From a virus, in the IMG/VR virus record IMGVR_UViG_3300049893_000773, positions 1 to 64,000 of that record: a stretch of DNA of 64,000 bases; one strand, written 5' to 3'. The position numbers and the translations under genes are program-made. Under the pieces are notes generated by a model. It did not search any database, was not told the origin of the DNA, and saw nothing but the letters and a program-made list of their open reading frames with translations. Positions 9,235 to 17,221 of this stretch are shown here, in pieces. Numbering within the stretch: the first letter of the stretch is position 1; the number at the start of each line of letters is the position of its first letter.

Positions 9235-10965
9235 ATGCCTGTAAACCACATTCCAGCGCCAAAAGGCAAACTCAAGTTCGAGGAAATCGTCAAATGCGGA
9301 TCTGACCCGCTGTACTTCCTCAAGAAATACGGATACATCACCCACCCCAAGAGGGGGCTGATCAAGTTCACAACGTATCCATTCCAGGACGAATGCGTGA
9401 GGGACTTCGAGACCCACCGCTTCAACATCGTCCTGAAGTCTCGCCAGCTTGGTCTTTCGACCATTTGTGCAGGCTACTGCCTGTGGATGGCTCTTTTCCA
9501 GAAGGAAAAGAATATCGTTGTCATCGCAACCAAGCTTGACGTTGCCAAGAACTTCTTCAGCAAGATCGTGAAGATGTACGAGAACTTGCCGGATTGGCTT
9601 GTGATGCCAAAGGAAGAAAGCCGCTCTGTCAAGTCCATCAAGTTCACTAACGGTTCCAGGATCTCCGCAATCCCAACGGGAGACGACGCAGGTCGTGGTG
9701 AAGGTATCTCCCTCCTGGTTGTTGATGAGGCCGCTCACATTCAAGGCTTTGATGACCTCTGGATGGGTCTTTACTCGACGGTTTCGACCGGAGGTAACAT
9801 CATCCTCCTTTCCACCCCAAAGGGTGTTGGAAACGTCTTCCACAAGACCTGGGTGGGCTGTGACTTGGAGAAGAAGGAGAACGACTTCCACGGCATTCGT
9901 CTTCCTTGGACGGTGCATCCAGAACACGATGAAAGTTGGTTCCAGGAGCAGTGTCGTAACCTCAATGCAAGGGGTATCCAACAGGAGCTTCTTTGCTCCT
10001 TCCTTGGATCGGGTCACACCTACATTCCAGAGGAAACTCAGGAATTCATCCACTCAATGATCGAGGAGCCAATCGCCAAGATCGGCTATGATCGGAACAT
10101 TTGGGTCTGGAAATACCCTGAATCCGAGCACAAGTACATCATCTCGGCAGACGTTGCCCGTGGAGACTCCGACGACTACTCGACTGCTCACGTCATTGAC
10201 ACCACAGCAGACGAGGTGGTTGCCGAGTATCAAGGAAAGATCCCACCCGACCGTTTTGCAGAGCTGCTCATTGATCTTGGCCAGAAATACTACAATGCCA
10301 TGATCTGCCCTGAAAACAACTCCTTTGGCCTTGCAACGGCTTATAGGCTCAGGGACCTGAAGTACCCAAACATCTACTACGAAAAGTTTGCGAAGTCCAG
10401 CGTGTATCAAACCTACACCGAGGAAGATGTTCGCAACCTGACCCCTGGTATCACTACCACAGTCAAGAACCGTCAAGCAATGCTCGCCAAGCTTGAAGAG
10501 GTGCTTCGTAATCGCAAGCTCAAGGTCCACTCCTCTCGCCTTGCCGAGGAATTGAAGACCTTCGTCTGGAACCCAACAACCAACAAGGCTTCGGCCATGA
10601 AGGGTTACAATGACGACTTGATCATGTCCTTGGCAATTGGTTGCTATCTCTACGAGGCCAGCGAAAAGCAGGTGGACAACAACGCCCTGAATGCTGCCAT
10701 GCTCGCAGCCTGGGGTAAGAGCGTCACGAAACTCAATGGGGCGAACTATTCTGATCCGGCAAGTGAAGCCGAAGTCCCTCTGGCCTTCCAGCGTGTAAAT
10801 CACGGCTCGGCCTACAGTCACCAGAACGGTTACTTCCAAAAACCATTCTCCCAAGCAAATATGAAGCCAGGAGTGAATGCTCAGCAAGCAAGACCCACAG
10901 TGGGGGTCTACAATACTTACTCCTGGCTGTTCGATGGTGACCCGAAACCGAAAAAAGAAGATTGA
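9235..10965 (+). CDS. terL: Terminase large subunit (T4 gp17-like)
   Basis: LKSRQLGLST (Walker A), LVVDEAAHI (Walker B), STPKG, ADVARG and NDDLIMS nuclease motifs. Confidence 0.95.
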   Translation: MPVNHIPAPKGKLKFEEIVKCGSDPLYFLKKYGYITHPKRGLIKFTTYPFQDECVRDFETHRFNIVLKSRQLGLSTICAGYCLWMALFQKEKNIVVIATKLDVAKNFFSKIVKMYENLPDWLVMPKEESRSVKSIKFTNGSRISAIPTGDDAGRGEGISLLVVDEAAHIQGFDDLWMGLYSTVSTGGNIILLSTPKGVGNVFHKTWVGCDLEKKENDFHGIRLPWTVHPEHDESWFQEQCRNLNARGIQQELLCSFLGSGHTYIPEETQEFIHSMIEEPIAKIGYDRNIWVWKYPESEHKYIISADVARGDSDDYSTAHVIDTTADEVVAEYQGKIPPDRFAELLIDLGQKYYNAMICPENNSFGLATAYRLRDLKYPNIYYEKFAKSSVYQTYTEEDVRNLTPGITTTVKNRQAMLAKLEEVLRNRKLKVHSSRLAEELKTFVWNPTTNKASAMKGYNDDLIMSLAIGCYLYEASEKQVDNNALNAAMLAAWGKSVTKLNGANYSDPASEAEVPLAFQRVNHGSAYSHQNGYFQKPFSQANMKPGVNAQQARPTVGVYNTYSWLFDGDPKPKKED

Positions 10966-10999
10966 CTCCAAGCGGGTTAAACCATATCGTTCGAAGGTC

Positions 11000-11410
11000 A
11001 TGCACAAGTTCTTGCGCCTTGCCTATGACCTCGCCAAGGTTTACCAGTTTGATGACTCCCTGGAGTACCATCACTGCGCTGTGATCGTGCGGGGCGGCAA
11101 GATTCTTGCTGTTGGCTATAACCACCGTGGCTGGAATCAACTCTCGGAGCAATACCGTGTCTGTGACCACACTTGCACGGTTCATGCCGAAATTGCTGCC
11201 ATCCTTTCGAAGCGCAAGAAGGTGCGTTTCGAGGGAGCCAAGATTTACGTGGTTCGGCTCAAGAGGGATGGAACCGTGGCCATGTCCAAGCCGTGTGAGA
11301 TGTGCCAGCACGTCCTCTACAACTACGGGATCAAGCGAGCGTACTACTCAACCGATGAGTTCCCATACGTTGCTAAGATGAGGGTTGACAATCCGGCTTT
11401 CACTGAATAA
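11000..11410 (+). CDS. Cytidine/dCMP deaminase-family zinc protein
   Basis: VGYN, HAE and PCEMC motifs. Confidence 0.8.
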   Translation: MHKFLRLAYDLAKVYQFDDSLEYHHCAVIVRGGKILAVGYNHRGWNQLSEQYRVCDHTCTVHAEIAAILSKRKKVRFEGAKIYVVRLKRDGTVAMSKPCEMCQHVLYNYGIKRAYYSTDEFPYVAKMRVDNPAFTE

Positions 11411-11419
11411 CTTCATGGA

Positions 11420-12283
11420 ATGAGCCACGAAGACCATTTCCCTACCGACCGAGCCGCTCCACGCTACCGTCAACGTTCCCCTTCCATTCTCTACCGAGAA
11501 GGCACCGGACTGATGGAAGACAAGGAGCTTGCTGCTGCCCAGCGGCACTTTGTGACCTACAGGAGCCGCATGACGGTCACAGGCAACGAACTGGTCATTG
11601 GGAGGTATTCGGTGCTCCCTTACTACAGGGAGTTGGAAGCTGACATCTCCTCTGTGGGCGGGAAGCTCATCAACTCCTACAAGCAGCACAGGTACGTGGC
11701 TGATATCCAGAATTACGCTGCGGACCTGGATGAGATGACCCCAAAGACCTGGAGTTGGAGGGAATTCCCCTATCTCCCCGACATGCCGATGGTGCTCAAG
11801 GGAGAAACCAACAGCAAGAAGGACAAGTGGGACACCCACATGTTCGCCCAGACCAAGGAGGATGCCATTGCCGTTTACCAGCGGTTGATGGATGATTCCC
11901 TCCTGTCCCGTCAGGAAATCTACGTTCGGGAGTATATCCCGCTCAAGAAGCTCGGAGTTGGACTCCATGGTCAACCCATCACGGTGGAGTTCAGGTTCTT
12001 CATTCTCCACGGAGAGGTGGTTTCCAGCGGCTTCTACTGGTCAAGCCACCTGGGAGACATCCAAGAGGTCCCCACGCCCTCTATGGTCCCCCAGGGGTTC
12101 CTACGGGATGCTATTGACAAGGTGAAGGACAATGTGAACTTCTTCGTGATGGACGTTGCCCTCACTGAAAGCGGTCGATGGATCGTCATTGAGTTGAATG
12201 ACGGCCAAATGGCTGGGTTGTCCGAGAATGACCCGGATGTCCTGTACGGCAACATGAAGAAGATGCTCTGGAGGAAAGAATGA
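11420..12283 (+). CDS. ATP-grasp protein (R2K/DUF4343-like)
   Basis: EFRFFILHGEVV, FFVMDVA...WIVIELNDGQMAG. Confidence 0.7.
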   Translation: MSHEDHFPTDRAAPRYRQRSPSILYREGTGLMEDKELAAAQRHFVTYRSRMTVTGNELVIGRYSVLPYYRELEADISSVGGKLINSYKQHRYVADIQNYAADLDEMTPKTWSWREFPYLPDMPMVLKGETNSKKDKWDTHMFAQTKEDAIAVYQRLMDDSLLSRQEIYVREYIPLKKLGVGLHGQPITVEFRFFILHGEVVSSGFYWSSHLGDIQEVPTPSMVPQGFLRDAIDKVKDNVNFFVMDVALTESGRWIVIELNDGQMAGLSENDPDVLYGNMKKMLWRKE

Positions 12284-12948
12284 TGGACAATTTGCACATT
12301 GCCCTGCCGAAATGGCCCTGCATGTATGTTCATGGAGCCTCGATCACTGTCGATCAAGCGAAGGAGGTGATCCGTCGAAGTGACTTGTGGTTTCGTGGAT
12401 TGTACGGCTCGGATAACGCTAGGTTCAAAAAGCTGGCGGTTGATTTCGGTTTTAAGCCGCTCGATGGATACTCTTCGGAGGAATTCTGGGCTGCGATGAA
12501 CCGCCGAGAACAGTGGCAGAAGGAATGGGGTTTGCTGGAGGCCGAATACCTGTTTACCGACTGGATCTGTTCCTCATACATTGGCGGCCCCAATGGATGG
12601 TGCAATCCTGATGGAACGATTTACTCGTTTCACAACGTCGGAAAGTGGCCTTCTCCTGAAGGTCTTATTCGGGATTGGAAGAGAGTCGCTGAAGCATTCC
12701 CATTCCTGACGTTGACTGCTGTCATCGGGGACAGGGAGTGTCACGAGAAGGACATTTCCCCGGTTATGCAGATTGAGGTCGCTAACGGCTCGGTCCATAG
12801 TGTGTATCCCCGTCGTGAGCTTTTCCCCATGTACAAGGAGACTGCGATCACTGACGTGCAAAACTGGCCTTCCTGTGGCATTTCAGAGGAGTGGCTCCAG
12901 GAATGGGCTGCTAAGTCAAGAGGGATCTTGACAAGGCTCGGAGGGTGA
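12280..12948 (+). CDS. Hypothetical protein
   Basis: ATGA overlap with the previous gene and an RBS; Trp-rich (GPNGWCNPDG, NVGKWPS). Confidence 0.6.
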   Translation: MMDNLHIALPKWPCMYVHGASITVDQAKEVIRRSDLWFRGLYGSDNARFKKLAVDFGFKPLDGYSSEEFWAAMNRREQWQKEWGLLEAEYLFTDWICSSYIGGPNGWCNPDGTIYSFHNVGKWPSPEGLIRDWKRVAEAFPFLTLTAVIGDRECHEKDISPVMQIEVANGSVHSVYPRRELFPMYKETAITDVQNWPSCGISEEWLQEWAAKSRGILTRLGG

Positions 12949-12961
12949 CCTAGACTACTTA
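12928..12961 (+). promoter_or_regulatory. Overlapping sigma70-type promoter and TACTTA late motif for the RNA cluster
   Basis: TTGACA (12928-33), 17-nt spacer, TAGACT (12951-56); TACTTA at 12956-61. Confidence 0.6.
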
Positions 12962-12969
12962 GTATCAAC

Positions 12970-13321
12970 GGGCGCGACCCGGTTTCGACGTGGATAGCAA
13001 AGGATTGACAGCGTGACGGCAGGCGTTGGTACTGCCATAAAGATTCCGACAAAAACACAAGGCGCTGAAGAAGCCCTCCCTCTCGCTGCTTGATAGCACG
13101 AGACACTGCCTGAGAGCTCTGTTCGGGCGTTCAGAGCAGTGATTCAATCGAACAAGGTTCCCCAAGATGCTTGTGGTAGGGAGAACCGAGATACTACAAG
13201 ATCCTCCCCTGAAAGCCCCCTTGTTGGCGTTTAGACGGAGTACAATAGCAAGGAAGGTCACGTAGGAAAGTTGATTCAGAGGTATTCGCGGACCTGAGTT
13301 CGACTCTCAGCGCGTCCACCA
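12970..13321 (+). ncRNA. ssrA: tmRNA
   Basis: 5' GGGCGCGA...GGTTTCGAC; 3' T-arm CTGAG-TTCGACT-CTCAG, then CGCGTCC-ACCA with a G3:U70 pair. Internal tag ORF ...GAEEALPLAA ends in tandem stops TGA TAG (13061-13096). Confidence 0.92.
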
Positions 13322-13322
13322 C

Positions 13323-13426
13323 GGGTGTGTAGTTTAGAGTATCCCACGATTCTGGCGCCGGAATCTTGGGAGCGGGAGAACGGGGGCCGAAAGCCCCAAA
13401 CGTTGGTTCGAGTCCAATCACATCCA
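13323..13426 (+). ncRNA. Atypical tRNA-like RNA (Ala-type acceptor, hairpin-expanded D-loop, non-canonical anticodon arm)
   Basis: Acceptor GGGTGTG/CACATCC+A; D-stem GTTT/GAAC; arm GGGGC-CGAAA-GCCCC; T-arm GTTGG-TTCGAGT-CCAAT. Confidence 0.7.
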
Positions 13427-13478
13427 CCCATCATTCTCAGCCATGCTTGAGTTACTCTTCAAGTGATTCTGTGCTATC

Positions 13479-13709
13479 TTGCTTATGAAAGGCAAGGTAG
13501 TTGTGAGCGGCAAAAGCGACAAATGCAAGAGTTGCGACTCAGAGATGGTCACGTTTGAAACCCACCAAATGACGATGGATTACACCTCGTGCTATTGGTA
13601 CGAGGATGGCAAGAAAGTTGAAGGCAGTCACTCCGACTTTGGTCTTGGTGGAAGTGATAGCTTCTACATCACCTTCTGTCCCAATTGTGGCAAGGTTGAT
13701 GGTTTCTAG
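13479..13709 (+). CDS. Small zinc-ribbon-like hypothetical protein
   Basis: CKSC...CPNCG; start codon uncertain. Confidence 0.5.
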   Translation: MLMKGKVVVSGKSDKCKSCDSEMVTFETHQMTMDYTSCYWYEDGKKVEGSHSDFGLGGSDSFYITFCPNCGKVDGF

Positions 13710-13721
13710 ATTCAAACCCAA

Positions 13722-13845
13722 GCCGCTGGTTTGGCTTGATTGCGGTTAAAGTGGGTTGGAGGCTACTCGATCCTCCGACCATCATGAGCCAGGGTGATCG
13801 AGGCCCTGGTGGGACCCTAAGACTGCAATCATCTGTTTGGGCGGC
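13722..13845 (+). ncRNA. Putative structured RNA (three-way junction with complementary loops)
   Basis: 11-bp stem 13737-47/13821-31 encloses two hairpins whose loops CTCGAT and ATCGAG are complementary. Confidence 0.55.
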
Positions 13846-13882
13846 AACTAATTTCTCTCCTATCTATGAGATAGAGGCAAAT

Positions 13883-14146
13883 ATGCGTTCCGGTTCTCAG
13901 ACTCGCTACAAGAGGTACAAGATGGGTCACCTTCCAGGTGATCTTCCTCATCAATGCAAGGCGCGTCTCCTGGAGTACAGGGAGGGCAAATCTCTTCCTG
14001 AAGAGGACGAGTGGAGGGTGAAGGGTTTCAAGAAGGACCAACATCTTCGAGCCGAGGGGGCTTTTCGACGTTCAGAGAGGGCTGAGATTGAGGAGTTCCT
14101 GGAGGAAGAGGAAGAGCAAGAGGAACTGGAAGAGAACGCTAGTTAG
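13883..14146 (+). CDS. Small basic/acidic hypothetical protein
   Basis: GAGG RBS upstream of ATG 13883; acidic C-terminus. Confidence 0.5.
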   Translation: MRSGSQTRYKRYKMGHLPGDLPHQCKARLLEYREGKSLPEEDEWRVKGFKKDQHLRAEGAFRRSERAEIEEFLEEEEEQEELEENAS

Positions 14147-14153
14147 AAAACAC

Positions 14154-14226
14154 GGGGCCATAGCTCAGTTGGGAGAGCGCGACAATGGCATTGTCGAGGT
14201 CGTCGGTTCGAACCCGACTGGCTCCA
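14154..14226 (+). tRNA. tRNA-Ala (GGC)
   Basis: Canonical cloverleaf: GGGGCCA/TGGCTCC-A, anticodon arm CGACA-ATGGCAT-TGTCG, T-arm GTCGG-TTCGAAC-CCGAC. CCA is not encoded. Confidence 0.95.
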
Positions 14227-14233
14227 CTTCAAA

Positions 14234-14425
14234 ATGCTGAATTCCGACTTCATCATCAATGGCGGAAGGTGCCGCAAGTACGAGGGGTATACGGCCCCTA
14301 ATCAGTCCAAGGTGGTCACTGCCTTGAAGCTGTTGGTTCTTGCCCTGGTCGTTCCACCATTCGCTCTGACGATGTGTCTCGTGGACAAGCTGAGCAACCG
14401 TAGGAAGAAGCAACTCAAGGGCTAA
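14234..14425 (+). CDS. Small putative membrane protein
   Basis: 63 aa with one hydrophobic stretch and a basic tail. Confidence 0.4.
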   Translation: MLNSDFIINGGRCRKYEGYTAPNQSKVVTALKLLVLALVVPPFALTMCLVDKLSNRRKKQLKG

Positions 14426-14464
14426 TTTGGCAACAAACCAGCTTCTTGCTTGCAGACTAGGCTC

Positions 14465-14728
14465 ATGCAAATTCAATACAACTGGAACGGGATGAAGCGT
14501 GGCCGTCCTGTCAAGCTGATTCGTAATGTGTACAACCGCATGGACGGATCGCCTTATGGCGGGATCTACTACGAGGAGCCGGGGCATTTGATTGCTGAAC
14601 GTGGGTGGATTGGTAGGTTCATTGCAAAGACACCAAAGGGTATCTTGGTGGAGTTCCACACACCAACCGGAGGAGTCCTGGGGTTGGTGCTTGATGAATT
14701 CGCTGTTGAGCTCTATGTACCTGCATGA
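14465..14728 (+). CDS. Hypothetical protein
   Basis: ORF with ATGA overlap into the HNH gene. Confidence 0.5.
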   Translation: MQIQYNWNGMKRGRPVKLIRNVYNRMDGSPYGGIYYEEPGHLIAERGWIGRFIAKTPKGILVEFHTPTGGVLGLVLDEFAVELYVPA

Positions 14729-15369
14729 CCGTAAGGTGGTCCTCCTATACTGACCAGGAGTTGATTGAGGCTGTAAAGCAATCAAACAGTCTTCGGGGAG
14801 TCGTGGAGGCCCTTGGCTTGAACTCCCGAGGAGGAGAATCGACGAAGAGGGTAGCTCGTCGGATAGCAGACCTTGAGTTGGACACAAGTCACTTCAAGTT
14901 CTCTCATTCCTCCAGGGAATCGACACCGGCACCACCAGTTGGAACTGTCGCCAACAGGCAGCAACGGTTGTTGAAGTTCATCCTGGTGGAGAAGTCCCCG
15001 CTCGACAATCTTCGTGGTCATCGCAGGTCCCTGGTTGCTATGGGCATCCTGACGGATTACTGTGTTGGGTGCGGTAAGAAATCCATCTCCAGCTTTGGAG
15101 AGGAGAAGAACATCCCGCTTCAAATTGACCATATCAATGGCGATAATCGCGATAATCGACCTGAGAACCTGAGACACCTTTGCCCCACCTGTCACTCCTT
15201 GCAACCAACGGAAGCTGGGAGGAAGTCAAAGGGAAGAAAAAGGAAGCAGCAAAGTGACAGAAGATCAACAACTCCTGGAACTACTCAGCAAGAAACTGCA
15301 TGCCGAGTCCGCAGCGAGGGGAGCCTGGGAAGCCAGGGGACCGAAGGATCAGTGGCTTGTTCTGCTTGA
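14725..15369 (+). CDS. HNH endonuclease
   Basis: CVGCG...LQIDHINGDNRDNRPENLRHLCPTCH; N-terminal YTDQELIEAV...LGL helix-turn-helix-like segment. Confidence 0.85.
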   Translation: MTVRWSSYTDQELIEAVKQSNSLRGVVEALGLNSRGGESTKRVARRIADLELDTSHFKFSHSSRESTPAPPVGTVANRQQRLLKFILVEKSPLDNLRGHRRSLVAMGILTDYCVGCGKKSISSFGEEKNIPLQIDHINGDNRDNRPENLRHLCPTCHSLQPTEAGRKSKGRKRKQQSDRRSTTPGTTQQETACRVRSEGSLGSQGTEGSVACSA

Positions 15370-15407
15370 TAACCTGAAGAGGGCAGAACTTGAACTGAAA
15401 GAAGTCC

Positions 15408-15436
15408 TTGACACGATTGCGCTCCATTATTAGCCT
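15408..15436 (+). promoter_or_regulatory. Sigma70-type (early) promoter
   Basis: TTGACA, 17-nt spacer, TAGCCT, upstream of 15458. Confidence 0.55.
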
Positions 15437-15457
15437 ATCTACCACCACAAGGCAAAA

Positions 15458-16330
15458 ATGCGAAAAGACATGTTCAAGGTGATCGTCGAAAGGCCCAGGG
15501 CCTCGGGTCGTACTCCCACCAAGACACCCACCCGTGCGGCTGTGGCCCGTGCTGAGATGCAGCGGATCATGCACGAGGGGTACGAGGAAGACGAGGATGG
15601 TGACGCCTACACCGCAGACAACACCCTCAAGACCTTTGAGCCCATCAAGAGCCGGTACGACGATCACAGGTCGTTGAATGAGAACTTGGCTCCCCTCCTC
15701 CGTTTCTTGGAGAAGAGCATTGGACGCCCCTGGGATGAGGTCTACTCGGAGGTCAGGGAGCACTTGAGGCTGGACAGTGCCGTCCAGTTGCACGTTGTGC
15801 AGCACCTCAACTGGACGGTCACTGAGAAGACCTACATGGGCGAGGATGGGCACGTTTACGCCACCGACCGTTCTTGGCATCGCTACAACAACAACAACGC
15901 CTTGGATCTTCCCAACCCCTTTTCTCGGCACAACTACTACGTCCACCCCGAGACGAAGCTCCTCTGCCGTCAGCCACACTTGAGCAAAAAGGCCCGACGT
16001 GCCAAGGAGGTCAAGGTTCTTTCCCTCGACAAGTACCGTCAGTTCCGTTTGATCGACGGGAAGTGGATGGTGGTGGAGTTGGCTGATGTCGAGGCTGGGA
16101 ACCCCTTCCAGGCTCGGAAGGGATTCGTCTTGAAGTACGACTACAAGACCCAGAAGACCTACTCCTACCCCAACTACGACTTCCCGGACGTGCTCTTTCC
16201 CAATGGACTCAAGGGGGAGAAGCGTTATGATGAGTATGGAGACTACAACCTCTACGCCACCGTTATCCGCGACGTTGGTGCCCGTGAACAGAAGGTTTTG
16301 GAAGCCTTGCTGAAGAAGGAAGCCGAATGA
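15458..16330 (+). CDS. Hypothetical protein (MRKDMFKVIVERPR N-terminus)
   Basis: Strong ORF with phage-like codon usage; function not recognised. Confidence 0.65.
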   Translation: MRKDMFKVIVERPRASGRTPTKTPTRAAVARAEMQRIMHEGYEEDEDGDAYTADNTLKTFEPIKSRYDDHRSLNENLAPLLRFLEKSIGRPWDEVYSEVREHLRLDSAVQLHVVQHLNWTVTEKTYMGEDGHVYATDRSWHRYNNNNALDLPNPFSRHNYYVHPETKLLCRQPHLSKKARRAKEVKVLSLDKYRQFRLIDGKWMVVELADVEAGNPFQARKGFVLKYDYKTQKTYSYPNYDFPDVLFPNGLKGEKRYDEYGDYNLYATVIRDVGAREQKVLEALLKKEAE

Positions 16331-16710
16331 AACTCGTTGACTCTTTCGAAAAGTACCCCCGTGCAACCGTGCAGAACTTCATCCACCGAATTGAGTCCAT
16401 CGCCAACACCATCATGGAAGGTGATGCCGTCCTCATCAAGGAGCTTGAAGAGCCGACTCCGGGAGAGGAGTTGGACAACCTGATTCACGTGGATTTCCGC
16501 CCAATGACCGAATACAAGCGAATGCGGGCGGACAACATGGAACTCACCATTCCTGGCATCCTGGAGGTTTACGACAACTGGGTTGATACCTTCTGGGAGT
16601 TGGCCAAGAAGAATGTTGGCCAGTACAACAACCCACAGGTCGTCAAGCACATCCTGGAGCACCGAAAGATCGTGGAGACATTCGGCAACTTCTTCCACAA
16701 GGAAGAATAG
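16327..16710 (+). CDS. Hypothetical protein
   Basis: ATGA overlap with the previous ORF. Confidence 0.6.
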   Translation: MKLVDSFEKYPRATVQNFIHRIESIANTIMEGDAVLIKELEEPTPGEELDNLIHVDFRPMTEYKRMRADNMELTIPGILEVYDNWVDTFWELAKKNVGQYNNPQVVKHILEHRKIVETFGNFFHKEE

Positions 16711-16716
16711 CCGCTA

Positions 16717-17175
16717 TCAGCCAAGGCCACCATACGAGAAGTATGGGTCGAAGGTAGAGCCAGTCAAGTTCAGGGCAATTGGCGAAGAGCCGGTCAGGAT
16801 TGGGAAAGACCGTGTTGGAATCATGGTCAATCCTGCATACACGGATACCGTCGAGCTTCCTGTTAGGCCGATGATGTACAGGGTCTTCACCCTGGTACGA
16901 AAGCTGAATGTTTCGCCAACGTAGGAGCTTCCAGCGGCCTGATTCGTTCCCACCAAGAATCTGTTTGTGCCACGAGCACCACTGAGGGTGAAAGCAACGC
17001 CGACAGAAGAATCTGCTGGCGTCGCGTTGTGGATTTGAATCTCGCTCGTTACATATGGGAAGTCGATTCTCCATACCGAACCAGATGTAACGGTAGAAGA
17101 CGAAACCCATGGCAAGGGGGAAGCCATGTACTCCGCGACGTTGTTCAATCCAGAAGGTGCCGATTGGAATGTCAT
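16717..17175 (-). CDS. Putative virion surface protein
   Basis: Ser/Thr/Gly-rich with four [ST]GS motifs; minus-strand TATTTA at 17194-17199. Confidence 0.55.
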   Translation of the reverse strand: MTFQSAPSGLNNVAEYMASPLPWVSSSTVTSGSVWRIDFPYVTSEIQIHNATPADSSVGVAFTLSGARGTNRFLVGTNQAAGSSYVGETFSFRTRVKTLYIIGLTGSSTVSVYAGLTMIPTRSFPILTGSSPIALNLTGSTFDPYFSYGGLG

Positions 17176-17193
17176 TTTGAGTCTTTCTCAGGG

Positions 17194-17216
17194 TAAATAG
17201 GTTTCAAACCTATTTA
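17194..17216. promoter_or_regulatory. Palindromic divergent late-promoter pair
   Basis: TAAATAGGTTT-C-AAACCTATTTA is a perfect 11-bp inverted repeat giving TATTTA on both strands. Confidence 0.65.
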
Positions 17217-17221
17217 GGCGT

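Noticed and set aside
13323-13426. Calling this element an ordinary tRNA-Phe(GAA)
   Set aside because: It lacks U33, has a 4-bp stem if a 7-nt loop is forced, has Ala acceptor identity and an oversized D-loop; it is reported as atypical instead.
14725-15369. HNH as an intron-encoded homing endonuclease
   Set aside because: It does not interrupt a recognisable gene; free-standing HNH genes near tRNAs are common in phages.
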